Source: Deltaproteobacteria bacterium (GTDB lineage: Bacteria > Desulfobacterota > Anaeroferrophillalia > Anaeroferrophillales > Anaeroferrophillaceae). Taken from it: a stretch of 35,356 bases of DNA. The stretch lies in assembly GCA_019306045.1 (NCBI GenBank), contig JAFDMG010000005.1:1-35356 (forward strand), in the 5' to 3' direction. Positions 17,731 through 26,081 of this stretch are shown here, piece by piece. Within the stretch, counting starts at the first letter, position 1. Every line of letters starts with the position of its first letter. The notes below the pieces were generated by a model. That model was not told the DNA's origin. It ran no database searches and worked only from the letters and a program-made list of their open reading frames with translations. The translations under genes and the position numbers were made by a program.

Positions 17731-18960
17731 ATGCGTAAAAACTCATTGGCCATCAAAACCGTTCTGCTTTGCTGCCTGTTTTCCGTGTTGCTGCTCGCCG
17801 GCCCGGCACCGGCCGCCGCGGCTCCCCCGGAGACAGCCGCAGCCTCCTGGAAAATCGGCATTCTCCTGCCTCTCAGCGGCCACCTGGCGGCCATTGGCCA
17901 GCAGGAGCGCCGGGCGTTTACCTTGGGCATGGAACAGGTCAACCGGCAGGGAGGCATCAAGGGCAGGCGACTGGAACTGTTGTTCATCGACACGGCCGGT
18001 GATCCCCGGCAGGCGGTGACCAGTCTCGAAAAAGCAGTCGACGACAACGATGATCTGCTGTTGCTGGCCGGGGGGGTCAACAGCGCCGCCACCTGGGCCG
18101 CGGCCCGCTACGCCGAGCACCACCACCGGCTGCTGCTGATCAACACGGCCTCCAGTCCCCGGCTCACCCAGGAGGAATGGCAATACGTTTTTCGCCTCAA
18201 CCAGGTGGACGAGGAATACCTCACCGCCCCCGTCAGCCGCTACCTGCACCGGCTGGACGGTCCGCTGAAAGCCGCCGTGCTCTACGCCGACGAGATCTGC
18301 CCGACGGAAACCGCCCGGGAGCTGCGGCGGGTCTGCGCCCGCCTGCACCTTGACCTGGCCGTCTGGAACCGCTTTTCCCCGGGCAAAGCCGGCTACCAGC
18401 GCCTGCTGACCCAGATCAAGGAGCAGGAGCCGGAGATCCTCTTCCTGGTGGGCAGCCAGGCCGACGCCGCCGTCATCCTGCGCGGCTGCCGCCAGCTGCC
18501 CAAACCGCCGGCCGAAATCTTCCTTTGCGACCCGCAGTTCAGCTGCCTGGGGGCCAAAGAACAATACGGGGAACTGTTCACCGGCGTCAAAACCGCCGCC
18601 CTCTGGGGGCCCTTCCTGGACAACGAGAAAAGCACCGCCTTCGCCCGCAACTTCCGGGATACCTACCAGGAACAGCCTGATTATCATGCCGCCCAGGCCT
18701 ATGCCTGCCTCGAGGTCATTGTCGACCTGCTCCGGCGCAGCCTGCTGACCACGGCCGACGACCTGCGACAGACCCTGGCCGCCGCCGAGCTGGCAACCGT
18801 TTACGGCCCGGTAAGTTTTGTCAGCGACGAACTGTTTACCAACCAGAACCGGCTGACCGGCCACCTGGTCGTCTGGCAGACCGACCGTTTCATCCCCGCC
18901 GCCGCACCTCAAGCCGCCGCCGGCAGCCAGCCGGCAGCTGCCGGTAAACCGCAACAGTAG
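17731..18960 (+). CDS. LivJ/LivK-like periplasmic solute-binding protein
   Basis: Signal peptide ending APAAAA, KIGILLPLSG, VNRQGGIKGRRLEL..DT, YVFR, TVYGPVSF. Confidence 0.85.
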   Translation: MRKNSLAIKTVLLCCLFSVLLLAGPAPAAAAPPETAAASWKIGILLPLSGHLAAIGQQERRAFTLGMEQVNRQGGIKGRRLELLFIDTAGDPRQAVTSLEKAVDDNDDLLLLAGGVNSAATWAAARYAEHHHRLLLINTASSPRLTQEEWQYVFRLNQVDEEYLTAPVSRYLHRLDGPLKAAVLYADEICPTETARELRRVCARLHLDLAVWNRFSPGKAGYQRLLTQIKEQEPEILFLVGSQADAAVILRGCRQLPKPPAEIFLCDPQFSCLGAKEQYGELFTGVKTAALWGPFLDNEKSTAFARNFRDTYQEQPDYHAAQAYACLEVIVDLLRRSLLTTADDLRQTLAAAELATVYGPVSFVSDELFTNQNRLTGHLVVWQTDRFIPAAAPQAAAGSQPAAAGKPQQ

Positions 18961-18975
18961 CTTCTCCCTTCTTCT

Positions 18976-21747
18976 CTACTGCCGGGTCAGGGAACGGTAG
19001 ATGCGGGGCAGCTTGTCCGGCAGCTCGCTGACATCGGCGATCACCGTATGGTGAACATCGCCGTACAGCCGGTCCAAATGGGGGGAGTTAACGGCGTTGA
19101 CGGTGATGGCGTGGACGTGGACGAATTTTGCCCGGCCTTCCCGGATCGCCGCCCGGCTGTCCTCGATGGCATATTCGGCACTGTAATCCTGGTCATTGGG
19201 CAGGCCGTCGCTGAGGATGATCAGCAGCTTGACCTTGGCGGGATAGGCGGCCAGCTTGCCGGTGGCATGGCGCACCGCCGGCCCCATGCGGGTGTTCTTC
19301 TCGGGACGCAGGGCCCCCAGCCGGTTTTTCACCGTCTCGTCCAGGGGCTCGGCAAAATCCTTGACCTGAAAAAATTCGGCCGCCAGCCGCCCGGAACCGG
19401 AAAAACCGGCAATGGCAAAATTGTCGCCCACCCGCTCCAGGGCCTCGCAGAAAAGCACCATGGCCTCTTTTTCCACCGTCAGGATGGTTTTGTCGCTGTC
19501 GGGCAGCCGATTTTTCGTCGAGCTGCTGACATCCACCAGCAGGTAAACCGCCACGTCCCGTTCCACCTTGAGCCGCTTGCGGTAAAAGCGGTCATCGGGA
19601 GCCAGGCGCAGGCGCCGGTTGATGGCATACTCCAGCAGGGCATCGTAATCGAAAGAATCCCCCTCGGGCCAGTGACGGAGGATCTGGACGTTTTCCGGCC
19701 GCAGGAGTTCGAAATTACGCCGGATCCGCCGCACCAGGCCGCGGTAGGTCCGCAGTACCGCCGGATAGAAATCCGCGTCGCTGCCCAGCCGCCGGTGTTC
19801 CAGCAGTTTGACATGGCCCCGCAGGTAGTCGTTGAGCTGGCAGCTCCATTCGTCGTACCAGAAGGTCGGCACCTTTTCATCGCGGCGGCCGGCGGCCCCG
19901 TCGTCCACGCGGGGAAAGATGACCTGCAAATCCAGGCTGGCCAGCAGCGCCGCCAGTTTTTTCCCCGCCTGCCGGGGCCGGCCCTTGGTCAGCACCATCT
20001 TTTTCAGCAGCTCGGGGGTCAAGGCGGCCTCGTTTTCCCGCAGCAGTTTTTTCAGATCGGCTTTGAAGACATCGATGCCGGCTTCTTCCAGGACCAGGCG
20101 CAGTTTGTCGGCCCGCTCGTTTTCCCGCTCGGCCGCCAGGGCCACCAGGTCAAAGCGCAGCCGGTGCCCGTAAGGATAGTGCCGGGGCAGGAGGTCGGCA
20201 AACCTGGCGGCGGCCGCGCCCCGCGACTGCAGGTAGGCGGCCACCGGGGCGTAATGCCGGGCCATGACCATGACCGCCGTTTCCACCGGCGCGGCAGCAT
20301 CGACATGGCGCCGGAAAAAATCCGCCAGTTTTTCCACCAGCCGGCGGCCGGCGGCATCCAGGTCGCTGGCAACAGCCGCCGGCGGCAACAGCAGGGCAGC
20401 GAACAGCTGCCGCCAGAAAACCGCCGGCCAGGCGGTCGACTCCCGATCCTGCCAGCCGGCGGCCAGGCAGGCGGCCAGTTGCCGGGCAAAACCAGGGTAG
20501 CGGCGGCGGAGAAAAGCCAGCAGGCGGCCCTGCTCCACCAGGTTGAGCAGCTCCGCCGCCAGCCGCGGCTGGGGGAAAGTTTCCAGAAAAGCCAGCAGGT
20601 CGTCGGCCAACGCGCCTTCCCCCACAATGTCGGCGCCATCATCGTCCGGATACAGCTGCCGGTAGCGGCGGCGGTCGAAATCGAAGCTGCCGGCTTCCCA
20701 GCAGGCCAGGTCGAAGCCGGCCAGCAGGCGATAGAGGAGCTGGTTGGCGGCCACCGTCGCTCCCTGGTTCATTTCAGCCGGCAGATAGATGCGGCGGCCG
20801 TCGGTACAGGGGCCCGGCGGATAGGAAGCGGCAGTCTTCGGCAGGTGTTCCAGGGAACGCACCGGCACCGGCCGGCCGCTGCGGGCGAAAAGGTAACGGT
20901 TCAGGGAAGCCGTCACGGCGCTGAGGGGCACCATGACCTGGAGTTCCTGGCAGGTGTCGATACCGAGGCGGGATTCCAGGGCCAGGTAACGTTCCCGCCG
21001 GCGCCGGTCGCCCAGTTCCAGGCCCCGGTCGACGAATGACCGCAGATCCGCGGCCGCCAGGTGGGCAACGCCTTTTTCCATGCCGCGCAGGAAGGCGGTA
21101 GCCAGGTGGTAATCGACCTCGGCGGCCCGCAGGAGCTGCTCCCCCTGCCAGCGGCGTTTTTCCGGCGGCCAGAACAGCAGCGCCCGGGAAAGCACCGGCG
21201 CCAGGCGAATCAGCTCCCGCTCCCCGATGCCCTGGCGGCAGGCGGCGATGACCATCCGCAAATACTGCCTGGCCGCCGGTTCGTCACCGGCCTGGAGAAT
21301 AGCCAGCAGGGCATTCAGCACCTGTCCCAGGGGATAGGGGCCCCAAGGGCCGATGGTCTGCACCACCTGGCGGGCCATGGCCAGCAGGTTTTCATCCCGG
21401 GCATTGATGACGGCAACGAATTTTTCCGCCACCGACCGGCCGATGACCGGGGTGATCCGCCGGCCGGCGGCCACCGCTCCGGCATAGCGGTCCTGCCAGT
21501 CGGGAGCCACCTGCCCCAGCAGCTGCAGCAGGCCGGCGGCCACGGCCCGGCCAAGCTCCGGCTGCTCCCGCAGCCAGGTAAGGGTGTGGTCCACCAGCTT
21601 GCGGACTTCGCCAAGCGACGGCGGGGGATGTTTTCGCCCCAGTTCCCGGTAGAGCTGATCGGCAAAATCAGGCTCCACCAGGAAAAGCGGCTCAAGAATG
21701 GTCAGGTAGTCAAAAGGATCGAGCGGGCGCTCAGGCTGGTCGGACAT
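18976..21747 (-). CDS. NorD/CbbO-like VWA-domain adaptor, about 923 aa
   Basis: TDGRRIYLP, YDEW...DY, C-terminal VWA with MIDAS LVDVSSS, NTRMGPAVRHA, ILSDGLPND. Confidence 0.88.
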   Translation of the reverse strand: MSDQPERPLDPFDYLTILEPLFLVEPDFADQLYRELGRKHPPPSLGEVRKLVDHTLTWLREQPELGRAVAAGLLQLLGQVAPDWQDRYAGAVAAGRRITPVIGRSVAEKFVAVINARDENLLAMARQVVQTIGPWGPYPLGQVLNALLAILQAGDEPAARQYLRMVIAACRQGIGERELIRLAPVLSRALLFWPPEKRRWQGEQLLRAAEVDYHLATAFLRGMEKGVAHLAAADLRSFVDRGLELGDRRRRERYLALESRLGIDTCQELQVMVPLSAVTASLNRYLFARSGRPVPVRSLEHLPKTAASYPPGPCTDGRRIYLPAEMNQGATVAANQLLYRLLAGFDLACWEAGSFDFDRRRYRQLYPDDDGADIVGEGALADDLLAFLETFPQPRLAAELLNLVEQGRLLAFLRRRYPGFARQLAACLAAGWQDRESTAWPAVFWRQLFAALLLPPAAVASDLDAAGRRLVEKLADFFRRHVDAAAPVETAVMVMARHYAPVAAYLQSRGAAAARFADLLPRHYPYGHRLRFDLVALAAERENERADKLRLVLEEAGIDVFKADLKKLLRENEAALTPELLKKMVLTKGRPRQAGKKLAALLASLDLQVIFPRVDDGAAGRRDEKVPTFWYDEWSCQLNDYLRGHVKLLEHRRLGSDADFYPAVLRTYRGLVRRIRRNFELLRPENVQILRHWPEGDSFDYDALLEYAINRRLRLAPDDRFYRKRLKVERDVAVYLLVDVSSSTKNRLPDSDKTILTVEKEAMVLFCEALERVGDNFAIAGFSGSGRLAAEFFQVKDFAEPLDETVKNRLGALRPEKNTRMGPAVRHATGKLAAYPAKVKLLIILSDGLPNDQDYSAEYAIEDSRAAIREGRAKFVHVHAITVNAVNSPHLDRLYGDVHHTVIADVSELPDKLPRIYRSLTRQ

Positions 21748-21757
21748 GGGGCGACAA

Positions 21758-22573
21758 TCAACCGAAAAGATCGGTGATGATCTCCTCGAGGGTTTCCTGG
21801 AGACCGGCATCGTCGGTCAAAGGCTGGGTGACCGCCGCCCGGCAGGCCGCGGCCGGCGCCACGCCCCGGCGCATCAGCTGGGCGGCATAGATCAGCAGCC
21901 GGGTACTGGCACCCTCCGCCAGCCCCTGCTCGCGGATGTGGCGGATGCGGGTCGCCAGGGCCACCAGCCGGTCGGCCACCGCTTCCTCGATGCCGCTTTC
22001 CTGGATGACGATGCTTTTCTCCTCGGCCGCCGGCGGGTAGTCAAATTCCAAAGCCACGAACCGCTGCCGGGTGCTCTGCTTGAGATCCTTGAGCACCGAC
22101 TGGTAGCCGGGATTGTAGGAGATCACCAGCAGGAAATCGGGATGTGCCGGCAGCACCTGCCCCAGCTTGTCGATGGGCAGCAGGCGGCGGTCGTCGGCCA
22201 GGGGGTGGATGACCACGGTGGTATCCTTGCGGGCCTCGACCACTTCATCGAGGTAGCAAATGGCGCCGTGGCGAACAGCCATGGTCAGCGGCCCATCCAT
22301 CCAGACGGTTTCGTCGCCGGCCAGCAGATAGCGGCCCACCAGATCGGCGGCGAACAGATCCTCATGACAGGAAACGGTGATCAATGGCCGCCGCAGCCGA
22401 TAGGCCATGTGCTCGACGAACCTGGTCTTGCCGCAGCCGGTGGGCCCTTTCAGCATCAATGGCAGCCGGTTTTCACTGGCAGCCAGGAACAGCTCGACTT
22501 CATTGCCCAGGGGCAGGTAATAGGGCTCCTCCCGGACCAGGTAATCCTCGATTTTTGTCCGCTGTTCAGCCAT
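21758..22573 (-). CDS. CbbQ/NirQ/NorQ-family MoxR AAA+ ATPase
   Basis: Walker A GPTGCGKT, Walker [40 protein letters not shown]. Confidence 0.93.
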   Translation of the reverse strand: MAEQRTKIEDYLVREEPYYLPLGNEVELFLAASENRLPLMLKGPTGCGKTRFVEHMAYRLRRPLITVSCHEDLFAADLVGRYLLAGDETVWMDGPLTMAVRHGAICYLDEVVEARKDTTVVIHPLADDRRLLPIDKLGQVLPAHPDFLLVISYNPGYQSVLKDLKQSTRQRFVALEFDYPPAAEEKSIVIQESGIEEAVADRLVALATRIRHIREQGLAEGASTRLLIYAAQLMRRGVAPAAACRAAVTQPLTDDAGLQETLEEIITDLFG

Positions 22574-22579
22574 GCCGCC

Positions 22580-22855
22580 TCAATCTCCGGGTCGTCCCAG
22601 TTTCTCGATGATGAATTTTTTCCCCTCGCAGACCTGGAAAATCACTTTCCCGTCATCGGCGGCCACCACCTTGCCGGGCACCTGGCGGATGGCGCCGCAG
22701 CCGCAGTCGTAAAAACGGAGCTGGTGGGTTTCCTCGGCCGTGGGTTCGCTCAAAGGGATAATCCTCACATCCTTGGCCCGGGATTGGGAGGTAAAGTTAT
22801 CGCCGGCCATGGTAATGCGGCAGAAACCGCGGGGAATGAAATTCAGCTGCTGCAT
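22580..22855 (-). CDS. Small hypothetical protein, 91 aa, 4 Cys including YDCGCG
   Basis: GGAG RBS 9 nt before ATG 22855; stop lies 6 bp before the ATPase start; same strand as the ATPase. Confidence 0.7.
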   Translation of the reverse strand: MQQLNFIPRGFCRITMAGDNFTSQSRAKDVRIIPLSEPTAEETHQLRFYDCGCGAIRQVPGKVVAADDGKVIFQVCEGKKFIIEKLGRPGD

Positions 22856-23126
22856 GATCGTCGTCTCCAAGGGAAAAATACTGAGCGGTCAGCCGGTTAA
22901 AACCGGCTTGATTTTCACCTACCACAATGCCGGTTTTTTGACAAGGAATTCACCGGCAACAGCCGGTCGACAGCCGCCGGCAACCACGCCGGCCGACAAC
23001 CGGCAAGCCGCCCCTTGACGCGGCCATCCCCGGATGTTAGGAGAAAACAAAAGGTGGCGTGGATAGTCGTCGACACACAGCCGGAAAAACACCGCGAAAA
23101 CGGCCCGTAGGCAGGAGCAGGCGACC

Positions 23127-24152
23127 TTGCTGAACTTCACCATTGAAAAGATCACCCCCGCCCTGGTGGTGCCGGCGGGACACCCGGACGCCGGAGAGAT
23201 CCAGGTTCGCTACGATCCGTTGACCAGCCGCAGCTGCCGGCTGACTTTCGCCCGGGCGGGCGAGCGGGAAAGTGGCACCGACGAACTTCCCGAACCGCCG
23301 CCGGCGGCCATGGACACCCGCAGCTGCCCTTTCTGTCAGCCGCAGGTAAACCGACTGACTCCAACCATCGACCCGCGACTCAGCGGCGAACCCCGACTGC
23401 GGCGGGGCGAGTCAATTCTGTTTCCCAACCTGTTTCCCTACGGCCGCTATTCTGCGGTCAGCGTCATTGACAACCGCCATTTCGTGCCCATCGGCACCGC
23501 CGATGCCGACGCCTACCTGAACTGCCTGCTCAACTGCCGGGACTATCTGGAGAAAGTCCTTACTGCCGACATCGACGCCAGGCACGTGGCCATCACCCAG
23601 AATCACCTGCCGGCGGCCGGCGGCTCCCTGGTCCACCCTCACCTGCAGATCCAGGCCGACGCCAAACCAACAAATTTCCTTCGGTTTCTGTCGGCCAGGG
23701 CCGACAGCTTTTACCGGGAAACCGGCAGACTGCTGCTGTCGACCTACCTGGAGCACGAGCTGGCCGGCGGCGAGCGGCTGATTGGCCGCACGGGCGACTG
23801 GCACTGGCTGGCGGCCTTTGCTCCCGAAGGATTTTATGAAATCTGGGGCATCCTGCCGGAGGCTTTCTCGTTGCTGAATCTCAAAGAAAAACAATGGCGG
23901 GAACTGGCAGCGGGCATCATCAACACGCAGCGGTTTTACCGCTCTCTCAACCGCAACGGCTACAACCTGGGGTTGCTGGCAGTGGAAAGCGGCGACAGCC
24001 GGCTGGAATTGAGAGCAAGAATTGTTGTCCGTGCCAACTACAGCCAGTGGGCCCGCAACGACCACACCGGCTTCGAAGTTATGCTCGGCGACATGGCCAC
24101 CTTCACCGCTCCGGAACAGACGGCGGCCACGGCCAGGAAGTTCTGGGGCTGA
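23127..24152 (+). CDS. GalT/HIT-family nucleotidyltransferase (galactose-1-phosphate uridylyltransferase-like)
   Basis: RYDPLT, CPFC, FPNLFPY, AGGSLVHPHLQ (HxHxQ); AGGAG RBS with TTG start. Confidence 0.82.
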   Translation: MLNFTIEKITPALVVPAGHPDAGEIQVRYDPLTSRSCRLTFARAGERESGTDELPEPPPAAMDTRSCPFCQPQVNRLTPTIDPRLSGEPRLRRGESILFPNLFPYGRYSAVSVIDNRHFVPIGTADADAYLNCLLNCRDYLEKVLTADIDARHVAITQNHLPAAGGSLVHPHLQIQADAKPTNFLRFLSARADSFYRETGRLLLSTYLEHELAGGERLIGRTGDWHWLAAFAPEGFYEIWGILPEAFSLLNLKEKQWRELAAGIINTQRFYRSLNRNGYNLGLLAVESGDSRLELRARIVVRANYSQWARNDHTGFEVMLGDMATFTAPEQTAATARKFWG

Positions 24153-24155
24153 ATT

Positions 24156-25451
24156 TCAACCTGTCTCCGGGGCGCCAACCTTTCTTGTTTCACGCTCCAG
24201 TACCTGCCGGGCAAAAAAATAATACATCCCGCAGACAAAGACGTCCACCAATGTGGTCGACAGCGCCACTCCGAGCAATCCCCAAAAACGGATGAACAAC
24301 AGATTGAAAACGACATTCAGGCCGGCAGCCGCCAGGGTGATGAACGTCATCAGCTTTGCCTGCTGGACTACCAATAACGCCCGCGACAAAATCATCGCCC
24401 CGGCCAGGAAAGGCACACCGGGGAAATACCAGTAAAGAAGCTGCCGCAGCCGGTGTAGTTCCTGGGGCCCGAACTTCCGGGAAAAAAATACCAATGGCAG
24501 CCAGATTTTTTCCGTCATCATCAAAAGAACGACGACTGGGAGACAAAAAAATACCAGCTTGAGAAATGAAACTCTGACTTGCTTCCACTGCAAATTGCCG
24601 TTCATCTGGTGATGCTGATGTGACCATTCCCCTAAGAAATAGACCAGCAGGCCACCGAGAGCCAGCACCGGCATGCCCCGCAGGCGGCCGGCGTACTCCA
24701 CCAGGGTCACCGTCCCACCGGGAAACCTGCCCACCATGGCCAGATCAATGACCGGATTGATCACCGTAAACATCAAGGCTAATGTCATCCAGAATACATG
24801 GCCATAAACAGACCAGAAATTTTTTCTGGTAAATGTGGTTGCGGTTACTGATCCTATCCCCGGAAGTTGTTTGTAACTGAGGCATCCCAAGCGGAGCACT
24901 TCACCCGCCAGGTAAGCCAGAGCCAAGACCATAACCGAGCGCCGGGGAATCAGCAGTAATACAATTAGGACACCAACCGTACGCAGGGTAAGGTGCATTG
25001 TCGGCAGGACATATTGCCGTTTGGATTGTCGGTAGCTGGAAAAAAAAGAAGACAGGAAAGCCAGGGAAGGCTGCAAGGCCAATACCAGGCAGATGGCCAC
25101 GGCCACCAACCAGGATCCCGGCAGTCCGATCCCCTGTCGCGGAGCGAAAAAAAAACCGCTGACAAAGAGCAATAAGCCTACCGCCGGAAAGGCATAAAAT
25201 GCCAGGTGTACTGCAGAATTAAACATCGGCAGATGCTCATTCTCCGGCAACTGGTGCCAGGCTGGTACCAAAGCACTTTCGGTGGCATAATAACAGATGC
25301 CAAGCAAAAAATAGGCTACCGCATAGACAAAAAAGAACCAGTCAGTTACCTGACTGGCCCCATAAATATTGGCAACAGCCATGTAAAGAGCAAAGTTCAG
25401 CAACCTGCCAAAGCCATTGCATACGGTTAATAACGTGGGATTATGACGCAT
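24156..25451 (-). CDS. MurJ/MviN-like (MOP superfamily) flippase
   Basis: GRLLNF..VANIYGASQVTDWFF, ESALVP, INPVIDLAM, YAGRL..P, GVALSTT; many TM segments; TGATG coupling to the upstream gene. Confidence 0.8.
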   Translation of the reverse strand: MRHNPTLLTVCNGFGRLLNFALYMAVANIYGASQVTDWFFFVYAVAYFLLGICYYATESALVPAWHQLPENEHLPMFNSAVHLAFYAFPAVGLLLFVSGFFFAPRQGIGLPGSWLVAVAICLVLALQPSLAFLSSFFSSYRQSKRQYVLPTMHLTLRTVGVLIVLLLIPRRSVMVLALAYLAGEVLRLGCLSYKQLPGIGSVTATTFTRKNFWSVYGHVFWMTLALMFTVINPVIDLAMVGRFPGGTVTLVEYAGRLRGMPVLALGGLLVYFLGEWSHQHHQMNGNLQWKQVRVSFLKLVFFCLPVVVLLMMTEKIWLPLVFFSRKFGPQELHRLRQLLYWYFPGVPFLAGAMILSRALLVVQQAKLMTFITLAAAGLNVVFNLLFIRFWGLLGVALSTTLVDVFVCGMYYFFARQVLERETRKVGAPETG

Positions 25452-26020
25452 CAACAACCATTAATATCATCCAAATTGTTCATTATTTTGACCGGGCTAC
25501 CCCAAGCACGTGCACCAGCTGGGATATCCCGGTTAACCAAACTTTGAGCTCCAATAATACATCCATCACCTATATTCACCCCTTTAACAACAATTGTATT
25601 AGGACCGATATAACAGCGATCGCCAATATTTACCGGTTGATATTCATATTCTGCATGGCCGCCACTGGTGGCCCATTTAACTGAATCATGAGAATAAATT
25701 TGGACGCCGGCGGAAATGGAACAATAAGAACCAATGGTAAGTCCTCCGGAACCATCAAGAATAGTATAAGGCCCAATCCAGGTAAATTCACCGACTTTAA
25801 CGGCACCGAAAACCATGCTGCTGTCGTAAATACTTGAGCCTTGTCCGAAACCCAGATACTCAGCCTTCTCCCAACGATCGAACAACAAGTCACAAAACGG
25901 GAGAACTCGGTCCCACTTTTTTTTGCAATCATCCCTTAGATAGTCTCTTATTTGCCTCAATGACTGCAAAAGCTCACCTTCAGCTAATTTGGCAATGTTA
26001 TCATTATCATCACCGGGCAT
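25451..26020 (-). CDS. Hexapeptide-repeat (LbH) acyltransferase
   Basis: VKVGEFTWIGP, LTIGSYCSIS, VNIGDRCYIGP, IGDGCIIGAQSLV, WGSP. Confidence 0.88.
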   Translation of the reverse strand: MPGDDNDNIAKLAEGELLQSLRQIRDYLRDDCKKKWDRVLPFCDLLFDRWEKAEYLGFGQGSSIYDSSMVFGAVKVGEFTWIGPYTILDGSGGLTIGSYCSISAGVQIYSHDSVKWATSGGHAEYEYQPVNIGDRCYIGPNTIVVKGVNIGDGCIIGAQSLVNRDIPAGARAWGSPVKIMNNLDDINGC

Positions 26021-26081
26021 TACACTCCTCCTTCAGCCCTTTTTGCCGGAGAAATATCATATTTTGGGGTACGAACATTCC

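Noticed and set aside
19048-21039. 663-aa plus-strand ORF, and similar long antisense ORFs at 345, 3518, 15508, 17743 and 21746
   Set aside because: Each lies opposite a well-supported gene and has no domain signature
18976-22573. Evidence of denitrification or Calvin cycle from the NorQ/CbbQ-like genes
   Set aside because: No nor, nir or cbb structural genes in the window; family membership alone does not identify the client
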